DNA of 64,000 nt from Verrucomicrobiales bacterium (lineage in GTDB: Bacteria > Verrucomicrobiota > Verrucomicrobiia > Verrucomicrobiales > SLCJ01): positions 32,001 to 96,000 of the forward strand of contig JBJTQJ010000052.1 of the NCBI GenBank assembly GCA_046075565.1. Reading direction: 5' to 3'. The position numbers and the translations under genes are program-made. The notes beneath the pieces were generated by a model, which saw only the letters and a list, made by a program, of their open reading frames with translations, ran no database searches and was not told the origin of the DNA. Shown here one piece after another: positions 46,166 through 55,137 of the stretch (position 1 is the stretch's first letter; each line of letters opens with the position of its first letter).

Positions 46166-47439
46166 CAGGGCGTAGTGGGCCGGACGGCGAGTCGGAAATG
46201 GGCGCTGGGAGAGGAAGGTAAGGGCAAAGTGACGGTTTGGCGACGGATAACTCCGATGCTGGCGATGGGTGAGGCCGAAACGTCGCCCAGAGTGGGGGAA
46301 AAGGGCGCGACGGGTTTGAATGCCCCGCCATCCGTGGAACGTGCGATGGTGTCCCAATCTTTGAGATTGAGGGAGCGTTGCACTTCCAGAACCAGTCCCC
46401 GGGCACGCGTGTCGCGGTTGAATTCCAGCACCACGGAGCCGTAGGTGATGTTGATGGACATCGCTGGTTCGTTTTCCCTTCGCGTCGGTTCGCGGCCGAG
46501 GGCAAACTCGAGGGCATTCGAACAACCATCATCATCCGCATCGACTAACCAGGCCGACGATTCGGACGGAATCTCTTTGATGCCGACCCATGTCGTGAAA
46601 TCAACCGGTGTCGAGATCCCGCCGATGGCTTCGAGGTCGAAACCACCCGAGCCGGTGGTGACCGATGGGTCGTAGATTGGCGATCCTTCGCTATCGAAAA
46701 ACTGCCCGGTGCCGGGAATATCGACGACCCGCACATGAGTGATGGCGTTGAGATTGACAGCCCCACTAACAACCACTGAATGCGACGTGAGTTGCGAAAG
46801 ATCAAACGGTGTGCCCCAGGAAATTCCGTAACCATTCGCGTGTTTGCCCGCGAGGTTGAAGACATTGGTGGCATTAAAGACTCCATAAGCGGTAATAGAC
46901 GATGTGCTCAACGAACGCGACGGAAACCGCGCGAAGACGTTGCCATTGCTCGACACCTCAATGTAGGCGAGTTCGCCGAAAATCTGGTTGCCACTCGAGA
47001 ATCCATTTTCAAAGACCGCGAGGTCGGCGCCGGGAAGATCGGCAATCGGACGCGCCAGGGTAATGGTGATGTGGCCGGGCAGGAAGCCGCTGGTGACCTG
47101 TGTGGCGGTCAAATCGCCGAGCGAAACGGTGTCGAGATAATGATCTCCGGTGACCGGGCCGAGGGCCCACTGGGGATCGTCATTCGTGTCGTCCCCCGGA
47201 TTCGCGCTTTCGTAGCTCACGACTTGATTCGCCCACGTGAAGAATAATGGATTCACCCGATTCGCGGCACCCGGTTCTCCATCGAGTCCGGTAGCACCTT
47301 CTCCATCCGGACCGATGAAGCCGGGAATTCCGGCGTCGGCTTTTGTAGGATCCGATCGTGGCCCGGAATACGGACCGGCGGCGGCCAATCCCGCAAGCAC
47401 CATGACCGAGCACGCAATGATATGAGAGGGTAATTTCAC
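46165..47439 (-). CDS. Secreted cell-surface protein, possibly a cobalamin-binding (BtuH-like) domain, plus a Verrucomicrobia-type C-terminal domain
   Basis: Signal peptide; VSLGD, GADLAVFENGF, ELAYIEVSSNG, NLAGK, GTPFDL, ITHVRVVD, GFDLEAIG; tail DADDDGCSNALEFALG...FRLAV; function is inferred. Confidence 0.8.
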   Translation of the reverse strand: MKLPSHIIACSVMVLAGLAAAGPYSGPRSDPTKADAGIPGFIGPDGEGATGLDGEPGAANRVNPLFFTWANQVVSYESANPGDDTNDDPQWALGPVTGDHYLDTVSLGDLTATQVTSGFLPGHITITLARPIADLPGADLAVFENGFSSGNQIFGELAYIEVSSNGNVFARFPSRSLSTSSITAYGVFNATNVFNLAGKHANGYGISWGTPFDLSQLTSHSVVVSGAVNLNAITHVRVVDIPGTGQFFDSEGSPIYDPSVTTGSGGFDLEAIGGISTPVDFTTWVGIKEIPSESSAWLVDADDDGCSNALEFALGREPTRRENEPAMSINITYGSVVLEFNRDTRARGLVLEVQRSLNLKDWDTIARSTDGGAFKPVAPFSPTLGDVSASPIASIGVIRRQTVTLPLPSSPSAHFRLAVRPTTP

Positions 47440-48413
47440 GCGGAAATTCTCCGGCGGCGGATACCAAGCATGAAAACTCCGGCAAGGCCAAGAACGGCCG
47501 CGCCCGGTTCGGGAATCGGCAATGTCGAGAGAGGCGCATATCCATAGGAAACGGCATCACCGCTTCCAAAGCCCGCCCGATTCACCCAGCCGAGATACTC
47601 TGTTCCGCCATTCGTGAAGGTGGCTAGACTCGCGTAGTTGGAGTTGTTGAAACCGGGCGCGACGAGGGTTCCTGTCTCACTGGTGCCGAGATCGAGCACG
47701 CGGATGCCATTGATTTGATATCCGCTCGCGTAGAGCCGGTTGGTTGTCGAATCCACCGCCAGGTAACCACTCACGCCAAGATTCGCTACAAAAGTGCCGT
47801 TCGCGAGGGTGAGCGGCGTTCCTGCGATGGCCGTGGTGATTTGCGCGGCGGTATAGCGGTAGATGTTATTGTCGTTGGCATCGAGCCCGGCATGGGCGAG
47901 ATAGACATTTCCGACATCATCCATGGCGATGCCACCCGAGAAATCGGAGAACGCGGTAATCAGGGTTGTGATGGTGCCACCGGATGAAATGTGATAGAGA
48001 GCCGATGAACCGAATCCCTGCGAACCGACCATGAGCAAGGCGCCCGATCCGTAGTTGACGCCCGCATAAGGATTATTGGGCGGGGCTATCGCGGCGTTGA
48101 AAGTGGTGGCGGTATTCGTGCCGTCGTAACTTCGCGTGCCGGAGTTGGAATATCCGATGTGCGTGGAAGTGATGAAGCTTGAATCACCTGCTGGTGCGTT
48201 CGTGTAAGGAGTCGCCGTCGACGCTCCGAAAGTATCCTGCCGGATGAGGTTTCCGTTGTGGCCGTATACAAAACGACCGTCCGGCAGATGGCCAAGAGCG
48301 GTATTGGTGAAGTTTTGCGTATTCGGCAGGGGCAACACAGTCCATGACGCGCGGGCCGTGGAAACAAAACCGGCCGCGATGGCGGCCGCCAATACAAACA
48401 ATGATTTTTTCAT
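47436..48413 (-). CDS. PEP-CTERM sorting domain protein, beta-propeller-like
   Basis: Signal peptide MKKSLFVLAAAIAAGFVSTARA; blade-like GGIAMDDVGNVYL and YLAVDSTTNRLY; tail IPEPGAAVLGLAGVFMLGIRRRR; AAGGA SD. Confidence 0.9.
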   Translation of the reverse strand: MKKSLFVLAAAIAAGFVSTARASWTVLPLPNTQNFTNTALGHLPDGRFVYGHNGNLIRQDTFGASTATPYTNAPAGDSSFITSTHIGYSNSGTRSYDGTNTATTFNAAIAPPNNPYAGVNYGSGALLMVGSQGFGSSALYHISSGGTITTLITAFSDFSGGIAMDDVGNVYLAHAGLDANDNNIYRYTAAQITTAIAGTPLTLANGTFVANLGVSGYLAVDSTTNRLYASGYQINGIRVLDLGTSETGTLVAPGFNNSNYASLATFTNGGTEYLGWVNRAGFGSGDAVSYGYAPLSTLPIPEPGAAVLGLAGVFMLGIRRRRISA

Positions 48414-48536
48414 GTGGTGTCCTTTGCAAAGACGGGGTGGATGAAAAGGACAATCCTTTTCCCCGAATGCGAAAGGACTACCCCCGCACGGACGTTTTCG
48501 CGACGCCGTTGTCCATTTCAGGACGGTGCGGTTTTC

Positions 48537-48612
48537 TCCGCCGGTTCGAACCCGGACTTTGACCTTTGCGCGACAGTGAGGGACTTTCACCCTGCTTTCC
48601 TAGGCCGGCGGA
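48537..48612 (-). promoter_or_regulatory. Cobalamin riboswitch (short AdoCbl-variant type)
   Basis: Minus strand CCGCCGG-CCT-AGGAAAG-CAGGGTGAAAGTCCCT-CACTGTCGCGCAAAGGTCA-AAGTCCGGG-TTCGAA-CCGGCGG: closing stem plus characteristic AGGAAAG, GGTG.AA.TCC, CACTGT.GCGCAA and AGTCCG blocks. Confidence 0.88.
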
Positions 48613-48801
48613 TTGGTTGGATAATGGAAAGATCGAATCGAAACCGCAGGCGGCTTCGTTGGTGACAAGATGCTTTAGGATACACGGGTCGTCAAGTATC
48701 GGATTCCTTCAAATCTCCCGTCAAAGTCGGCGAATCCAAATATCCAACGAATCCGGCAGATCCCGGGGTGGCAAGCGCCCGGCCGCCGCGTATGGTGGGG
48801 C

Positions 48802-49560
48802 ATGACATCTGCAGTGGAGCCCAATCCGGCGCGTCGCCGCCCCACCTTCATCCAGGTGGCCCTCATGGTTTTGCCGATTGGCACGGTCGTGCTGGGAACC
48901 ATCGCCATGCTCTGGTATTTCCACGAAGGTTCACGCCCGGGAGCAAAGGAAGAACGCGGCCTTTACACCAAGGAACCAACGGCGGCTTCCATTCGTGACA
49001 GCGTGCGGAAACTCTCCCTGCCCCCGTTGGCGGTGCGCGGGGAAGCCACGGAAGCCGGTGGAGTAGGCTGGCAGGCGACGATGAGTTTGATCGAAGGCGC
49101 GACTGGCGAAACGAACATGGGTTATCAACCGGTCCTGCATGAATACGACTCCGGCGCCGGAAAATGGCGGCATCTCTGGGTGGACAACTCCGGCAAACGC
49201 AACCTCACCGAGATCATCGAGGTGCGGGCACGCAGCGTCCCGACCGGCAATCGCGAGGGACTGGCGGTGCATTTGCCCATCGCGGTGGCCCTCGAACTGG
49301 CCCAAGCCTTTGCGGGTACGGAAAATCGACGCACCATACGTTTTGTTTTTCTCGGCGGAGGTCAGGATCCGACGGGCGAGCAATCCTATGCCGAGTTGAT
49401 GAAAGACCGGCGCATCAAGGTGCAGGGGGTTTTTGATCTCGATGCCTCGGATTTCCGCGCCGCCGCCTGCCTCGATGCCTCCGGCCAAATCGACGATACC
49501 GCTCTCATGCGGGAGGTGGAAAACCTGCGGCAGAATATCCGGCGCGCCGCCAACCAGTGA
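48802..49560 (+). CDS. Membrane-anchored hypothetical protein, degenerate M28 peptidase-like fold
   Basis: N-terminal TM; VALELAQAF...RRTIRFVFL resembles the M28 core; metal ligands not evident. Confidence 0.65.
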   Translation: MTSAVEPNPARRRPTFIQVALMVLPIGTVVLGTIAMLWYFHEGSRPGAKEERGLYTKEPTAASIRDSVRKLSLPPLAVRGEATEAGGVGWQATMSLIEGATGETNMGYQPVLHEYDSGAGKWRHLWVDNSGKRNLTEIIEVRARSVPTGNREGLAVHLPIAVALELAQAFAGTENRRTIRFVFLGGGQDPTGEQSYAELMKDRRIKVQGVFDLDASDFRAAACLDASGQIDDTALMREVENLRQNIRRAANQ

Positions 49561-49634
49561 GTGAGAAAATCCCGTGCGAGGTTGATTTCTCCGCTCCGGG
49601 TTCTAGAGTTGGCGTCCACCCGCATTCCTGAATT

Positions 49635-50858
49635 TTGGCCCGCATCGTCCAGAAATACGGCGGCACGTCCGTCGGCAATCCCGAACGCATCCGCAATGTC
49701 GCCCGCCGCCTGATGGAAAGCGCCCGCCAGGGCAATCAGGTCGTCGGAGTCGTCTCCGCCATGGGAGGCGTGACCGACAAGCTTATCGGGCTTGCCCGCG
49801 AGGTCTCGGAAGACCCCGCCGCCGGCGAAATGGATGTGCTCTTGTCCACGGGGGAACAAACCACCATTGCCCTCGTCTGCATGGCTATTCAGGCGATGGG
49901 CGGCAAGGCGATTTCCATGACCGGTCCCCAGGCTGGCATCCTCACTGATTCCGGGCACACCCGCGCCCGCATCCTCGACATTCATCCGGAGGCGGTGACC
50001 CGGGCCCTCGACGAGGGAGCCATCGTGGTGGTCGCCGGTTTCCAGGGGCAATCGGTGCAAGGCCGACTCACCACCCTCGGCCGCGGTGGTTCCGACCTCA
50101 CCGCCATCGCCATGGCCTCGGCGGTGAAAGCCGACCTCTGCCAGATCTTCACCGATGTGGATGGGGTCTATACCTGCGACCCGCGTATCGTGCCCGACGC
50201 GAGAAAATTGCACGAGATTTCCTACGACGAAATGCTCGAAATGGCCAGCAGCGGCTCGAAAGTCATGCAGGCCCGATCGGTCGAATTCGCAAAAAAATAT
50301 GGCGTGCCCTTCGAGGTGCGCAGCAGCCTCAACAACGAACCCGGAACCCTCGTTACCGAAGAACACCCCAACATGGAATCAGCAGTCATCCGCGGCATCA
50401 GCCTGGAACGCGACCAGGCCAAGGTCACCATCAACGATCTGCCCGACGAACCCGGCGTCTCGGCGAAAGTTTTCAGCGCGCTTGGTCGCGCCGATGTGAA
50501 CATCGACATGATCATCCAGAACGTGTCGAAGTCCGGCAAAGCCCGGATTTCCTTCACCGTGCATCGCAATGATCTCGGACGCGCCGAGAAGGCGCTCGCC
50601 CCGGTGGTTTCCTCATTTGATGGCTCGATGATGGAAAGCGAAGCCGGTATCGCGAAACTCAGCGCGGTCGGTATCGGCATGCGCTCCCACTCGGGTGTGG
50701 CCGGGGAAATGTTCGATGCCCTCGGCAAAGGCGGAGTGAACATCCAGATGATCTCCACTTCCGAAATCAAGATTGCCGTCACCATCGATCAGGATCGGGC
50801 GGAAGAGGCGGCCCGCCTCGTGCACGCCGCCTTTGCGCTCGGCCGACGCGAGGCATGA
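49635..50858 (+). CDS. lysC: Aspartate kinase
   Basis: VQKYGGTSV, TTLGRGGSD, TDVDGVYTCDPR, ACT domains, ISTSEIK; TTG start. Confidence 0.97.
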   Translation: MARIVQKYGGTSVGNPERIRNVARRLMESARQGNQVVGVVSAMGGVTDKLIGLAREVSEDPAAGEMDVLLSTGEQTTIALVCMAIQAMGGKAISMTGPQAGILTDSGHTRARILDIHPEAVTRALDEGAIVVVAGFQGQSVQGRLTTLGRGGSDLTAIAMASAVKADLCQIFTDVDGVYTCDPRIVPDARKLHEISYDEMLEMASSGSKVMQARSVEFAKKYGVPFEVRSSLNNEPGTLVTEEHPNMESAVIRGISLERDQAKVTINDLPDEPGVSAKVFSALGRADVNIDMIIQNVSKSGKARISFTVHRNDLGRAEKALAPVVSSFDGSMMESEAGIAKLSAVGIGMRSHSGVAGEMFDALGKGGVNIQMISTSEIKIAVTIDQDRAEEAARLVHAAFALGRREA

Positions 50859-51850
50859 AGATTCGCCGACCATCGCCGGGTCCGGGCACACGGTGGACAC
50901 GCCGCGCCACCCTCGGAGGACTCGTCTCGCTCTGTCTTCCTCGCTGGAGCCCGGCCGTGCCGGCCAAGGGTTTTGATCCGCGTGATGTTGAAGCCAGCCT
51001 GCGCCTGCAAATTTACCTCGACCGCCAGGGCTTCGGTCCCGGTAAAGTGGACGGCAAGCCGGGTGAGTTCACCCGCAAGGCGGTCGATTGCTACAACACG
51101 ACCATCGGTCTCGCCCCCGGCGACTACAGCGCCGTGCTCAAGGAGTCGGAAAACATGCCGATCTGGAAAAACCACCTCGTGAGCGAAACGGACTTCGCGT
51201 GGGTGGATGCCACTTTGCCAACCGATCCACCGGAACAGGCAAAGCGGAAACTTCTCCCCTACCGCAGTCATCTCGAGTTTCTCGCCGAGCGATACCATAC
51301 CGACGAACCATGGTTGAAAAAGTCGAACCCGAAAATCGACTTTGCCAACCTCAAGAGCGGCGACACCGTGCGTGTGCCCAACGTCGTGCCTTTCGCGATC
51401 GAAAGTTTGCCACGTCCTCACCAATGGGCCTCCACTCCCGCCTACGCGAAACGCACCGCGCTCGTCGATACCAATTACAAATTCGCCTGCATCTTCGAAG
51501 AGAACCGCATGATCGCGGCTTTCCCCGTCACTCCCGGCGAGGAAAAATTTATCCACCGCGGCGATTGGAAAATTGTCGTCATGCAAGCATGGCCGCAATT
51601 CCGTTGGGATAAATCCATGCTCGAAGCCGGACTACGCGGCGAGGAATTCCACATGCTCCCGCCCGGCCCCAATAGTCCCGTCGGCGTGCTCTGGGCCGGA
51701 CTCAACCGCTCCGGCATCGGACTCCACGGCACCGCCACGCCCGAAACCATCGGCCGCTCGCGCAGCGCCGGTTGCATCCGCCTCGCCAACTGGGATGCCG
51801 TGCGCCTTCCCAATTTCTTGCGCCCCGGTTGCCCAGTCGTGGTGCGATGA
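50855..51850 (+). CDS. L,D-transpeptidase with peptidoglycan-binding domain
   Basis: PGKVDG, PPGPNSPVG, GLHGT...SAGCIRL; Tat-like TRRATL signal. Confidence 0.92.
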   Translation: MKIRRPSPGPGTRWTRRATLGGLVSLCLPRWSPAVPAKGFDPRDVEASLRLQIYLDRQGFGPGKVDGKPGEFTRKAVDCYNTTIGLAPGDYSAVLKESENMPIWKNHLVSETDFAWVDATLPTDPPEQAKRKLLPYRSHLEFLAERYHTDEPWLKKSNPKIDFANLKSGDTVRVPNVVPFAIESLPRPHQWASTPAYAKRTALVDTNYKFACIFEENRMIAAFPVTPGEEKFIHRGDWKIVVMQAWPQFRWDKSMLEAGLRGEEFHMLPPGPNSPVGVLWAGLNRSGIGLHGTATPETIGRSRSAGCIRLANWDAVRLPNFLRPGCPVVVR

Positions 51851-52030
51851 CCCGCCCCCGGTTCGAACCCGCGATGAACCATCGGACTTGAACTCCGAAA
51901 AGAGAACCACAGACTTCGCTGATACTGGGAGGGATGGATGAGGTGCTTTTCTGCCGAATGGTTTCTTATTCTTTCGACGGGCATTTGTCAACTTGAGCCC
52001 CCTCCGCTCTCCGCGTATCATTGTGCTGCC

Positions 52031-52321
52031 ATGGATTCCCCCGCACCCGATCGCGCCGCCGCCGAACTCAAGGCGATGCAGGATTCCATCTACCGGGAGA
52101 AAATCCTCCGGGCACGCCGCCAGACACCGGAGGAGCGCTTGGCCGATGTCTTCGTGCTAACCAACTCAGCGTTCGCCCGCATGCATGCGGGAGCGATGTG
52201 GCAGGCGGGAACAACGGACGAGCAGGAAGGATGGCGGATCGTGCGACAGAGGCTCGCCCGTTTGAGCAAAGTCCATGACGCCGGGCGCTTTGTCAGCCAC
52301 CCCCCATCCCCCCGCGCATGA
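52031..52321 (+). CDS. Small helical protein, putative partner of the downstream nucleotidyltransferase
   Basis: IYREKILRARRQTPEERL; ATGA overlap with the next gene. Confidence 0.7.
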   Translation: MDSPAPDRAAAELKAMQDSIYREKILRARRQTPEERLADVFVLTNSAFARMHAGAMWQAGTTDEQEGWRIVRQRLARLSKVHDAGRFVSHPPSPRA

Positions 52322-52884
52322 CCATCGAGCAACTTGCATGTGCTGTTCTGGATGCCTGTGAGGCCGAGGGGGTCGATCACATGCTCACCGGCGCCTTCGC
52401 GCACGGGCTCTATGGTATCCCACGTTCGACAAAGGATGTGGACGTCGTGCTCAGTATCACTGCCGACGACTCGATCACGAAAGTGGTCAAGCGGCTCGAT
52501 GGCATCGTCCTATTCGAACCCCAGGTCCAGTTTGACACCCTCATGTGGGGCAGGCGCCTTGTAGGAGAGTCCATTGGCACACCTCCCTTCCAAGTCGAAC
52601 TTTTCGAGTTATTCGACGATCCTTTTGTCCTTTCCCAGTTCAAGCGGAGGCGGCGAATGGTCTCCGCCCAGATCCAGCGCGAGACGTGGCTGCCCACGCC
52701 CGAGGACGTCATCGTGCAAAAGCTCCGCTGGGGCCGGAACAAGGACCTCGATGACGCCCGCGACGTGCTCGCCGTGCAGGGACCGGAAACTCTCGATATA
52801 ACCTACATCGAGCACTGGTGCAGCCAGCACGGCACCGTCGCCCGACTCCAGGAAGCTCTCGCCGGCATCCCGCCGCTCGATTGA
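52318..52884 (+). CDS. Nucleotidyltransferase-superfamily (AbiEii/DUF6036-like) protein
   Basis: LTGAFA...YGIPRSTKDVD, PEDVIVQKL...R.KD..D. Confidence 0.82.
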   Translation: MTIEQLACAVLDACEAEGVDHMLTGAFAHGLYGIPRSTKDVDVVLSITADDSITKVVKRLDGIVLFEPQVQFDTLMWGRRLVGESIGTPPFQVELFELFDDPFVLSQFKRRRRMVSAQIQRETWLPTPEDVIVQKLRWGRNKDLDDARDVLAVQGPETLDITYIEHWCSQHGTVARLQEALAGIPPLD

Positions 52885-53261
52885 CTTTTCCATCGGGGCA
52901 GCGTGGGAAATCCTCGCCGTTTTCGGTGGACATCTCACCCTATTCTTGGTAAATCGCACATGAGATGGTCTTACCCGAAGAACCGCTGTCTCCCGATGTC
53001 GGGCTGGCTCGTCCGTTCCCGATTCCGCAAGGACTGAAAGCCGGGCATCTCACCGGTCACCATTTTCGGCCATTCTCCGCGCCATTGCGATCACGACAGG
53101 ATTGTCGTGGCTCCAAACCTGAACAGCGACACGCGGATGTTCGGAGCAACCAAAATCCTGTGGTTGCCGAAAAAGCCAAGAGCAAGAGAAGCCTCGCTCA
53201 TGTCCCCTGTCGCCCTCCACATGACTCTCCGGGAAGTTTGACGCCGCATGGGGCCTCGCTC

Positions 53262-53757
53262 ATGATTTTGGTATAAATGTCATCACTGCAATGGTGCGCT
53301 CGATGTGGGACTTTCTTTCTGCCCCTATTGCGGGGTGCGCGCCGATGTTGATTTGCGGCAGGTGCATTTCCGAGATCTCGGACCGACAGAAGGGCAGAAA
53401 TGTCCCTCGTGCAGCGGCAAACTCGGAGGCATCGAGTTTCCCGGCAAGACGCCGATCGTGATCGAGCGTTGTCTTTCCTGCCATGGCATGTTTTTCAATC
53501 CGGGGGAGCTGGAAGCCGGAGGACTGCGGCGGCTCATGGAGTGGTGGCGCGTGGGTGGAAAGCTCGTTTACGAGCAACACCAACACGAAAAAGCCCGGAT
53601 TCTTTATGGCAAATCGGAGACCCCGACCTTCCACAAATCGGTCGAACCGGCGTCCTCCTGGCTGCCAAAAGAATCGAAGACGCCCGAGTATCCGATATAC
53701 TCCGGCTGGGAGGATATCGTGGTCTGTCTACTGGAAGGGTGGCTTTCGAATGGCTGA
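53262..53757 (+). pseudogene. Zinc-ribbon (zf-TFIIB-like) protein, probably degraded
   Basis: In-frame CHHC, CPYC, CPSC, CLSC..FFNPGEL from 53272; nearest ATG (53262) is 1 nt out of frame. Confidence 0.55.
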
Positions 53758-53854
53758 GTCGGGACAGAAAAAGGATGGAGGTGTCCGAAAATGGGAAATT
53801 TTGCTGGAAGAAGCCACGTTGTCCTGCTAGATGATGAATAAGGAGGTAAGAATT

Positions 53855-54745
53855 ATGAGATTCCAACAAATTGTCGTAGGGGTAGATTTTTCGCCGAACA
53901 GTCGCCAGGCGCTCAGGGAAGCGGCGCGTGTGCGCCGGGACAGCCACACCGGAGTGGTGGCCGTGCACATCATCGAAAAATCGCTGGTCGAGGACCTGAA
54001 AAAGCACGCCAAGATGACTGAAGAAGTGATTCAGCAGCAGGCTGAGAAACGTCTTTCGTATTGGCTGGCGGAATTCCTGGGTTCCGACCACGGTGTGGCA
54101 AGCGAGGCCGTGATTGCCCATCCCTTCGAGGGAATCATACACGCGGTGGAACGCCACCAAGCCGATCTGCTCGTGCTCGGATCACGCGGCATGGAGGCGG
54201 ACGGCGGTCACCCGGGAGCGGTGGCGAGCAAATGCATCCGCAAGACGCCCGTCGATGTGTTGCTCGTCCGGCGAGCCCAGGATGGGCCATTCCAACGTGT
54301 GGTCGCGTGCCTCGAATTCACGGAGACCTCGGCGCGGGCTTTGGAATGCGCGATTGCCGTCGCAACGGCGGACGGTGCGGTGTGCGAGGCGCTGCATGTG
54401 CATGTTCCTCTCGTGCTCGGCGATATCGCCCTCGATCCATTTCCACCATCCGAGTCCGTGCAACTGCACGACAACCGGGACCAGGCCGCGCGTGCTGAAT
54501 TTGAAGCGTTCGTGGCCAAGTATGGGAAAAGCGAAGATGGCGTCGTGGTCATGCCGAATTTCCAGACCGCCGCCAGTCCGACCGATGGCATCATCGACCA
54601 CTTGCGCCAAAGCAAAGCAGACCTGGCCGTGCTCGGCACACGCGGACGTTCCGGCTTGCGAGCCTTCCTGCTCGGCACCACCGCCGAACGGCTCGTGCAC
54701 GATGCCCCATGCTCCTTGCTCGTGGTCAAAGAGCACAAGGCCTGA
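53855..54745 (+). CDS. Tandem-domain universal stress protein
   Basis: IVVGVDFS, ADLLVLGSRG, LGTRGRSGL..FLLGTTAE; AGGAGG SD. Confidence 0.95.
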   Translation: MRFQQIVVGVDFSPNSRQALREAARVRRDSHTGVVAVHIIEKSLVEDLKKHAKMTEEVIQQQAEKRLSYWLAEFLGSDHGVASEAVIAHPFEGIIHAVERHQADLLVLGSRGMEADGGHPGAVASKCIRKTPVDVLLVRRAQDGPFQRVVACLEFTETSARALECAIAVATADGAVCEALHVHVPLVLGDIALDPFPPSESVQLHDNRDQAARAEFEAFVAKYGKSEDGVVVMPNFQTAASPTDGIIDHLRQSKADLAVLGTRGRSGLRAFLLGTTAERLVHDAPCSLLVVKEHKA

Positions 54746-54769
54746 GACCCTAGCATCGGAGGGGTTCCC

Positions 54770-54807
54770 AATCCCGACGGGATTGTGTCCCGGAGCCCGG
54801 GGTTGCC
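54770..54807. repeat. Partial inverted copy of the composite repeat
   Basis: AATCCCGACGGGATTGTGTCCCGGAGCCCGGGGTTGCC. Confidence 0.75.
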
Positions 54808-54884
54808 ACGTGCATCGGACAATTTTGCTATTCAAATGCCCATAGGTTACAGGGACTGAAATGCTCAACTTGGCGCGTAGGCCC

Positions 54885-54976
54885 GTAGCGGCACCGCTTC
54901 CGGTGCCGGGCGAAGGACGCTCCACCTCCTCTGAGCCGCGAGGTCCCCACCTCGGAACGCGAAGGCGTTCCGCTAC
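54885..54976. repeat. Inverted REP pair (GTAG-CGG..CTTC..CCG family)
   Basis: GTAGCGGCACCGCTTCCGGTGCCG and reverse-strand GTAGCGGAACGCCTTCGCGTTCCG. Confidence 0.75.
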
Positions 54977-55137
54977 TGGGAGAAATTCTTAACTGGACGC
55001 GTATGCCCGGTTGGATTCAATCCTTGACTGTCTCTGCTCCATCGAATGCACCAACGGCAGATTCAGAGCAAGACGCTATAACTCCACTCGATTTCCCGAT
55101 GATCGTTGTTCCTTGGGATCTGTTAGTCGGGCCGCGG

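Noticed and set aside
48414-48590. N-terminal extension of the PEP-CTERM ORF as given in the ORF track
   Set aside because: It overlaps the riboswitch; the signal peptide and SD place the start at 48413
52965-53276. 103-aa ORF in the gap
   Set aside because: Low-complexity composition with no motif; probably non-coding or decayed sequence
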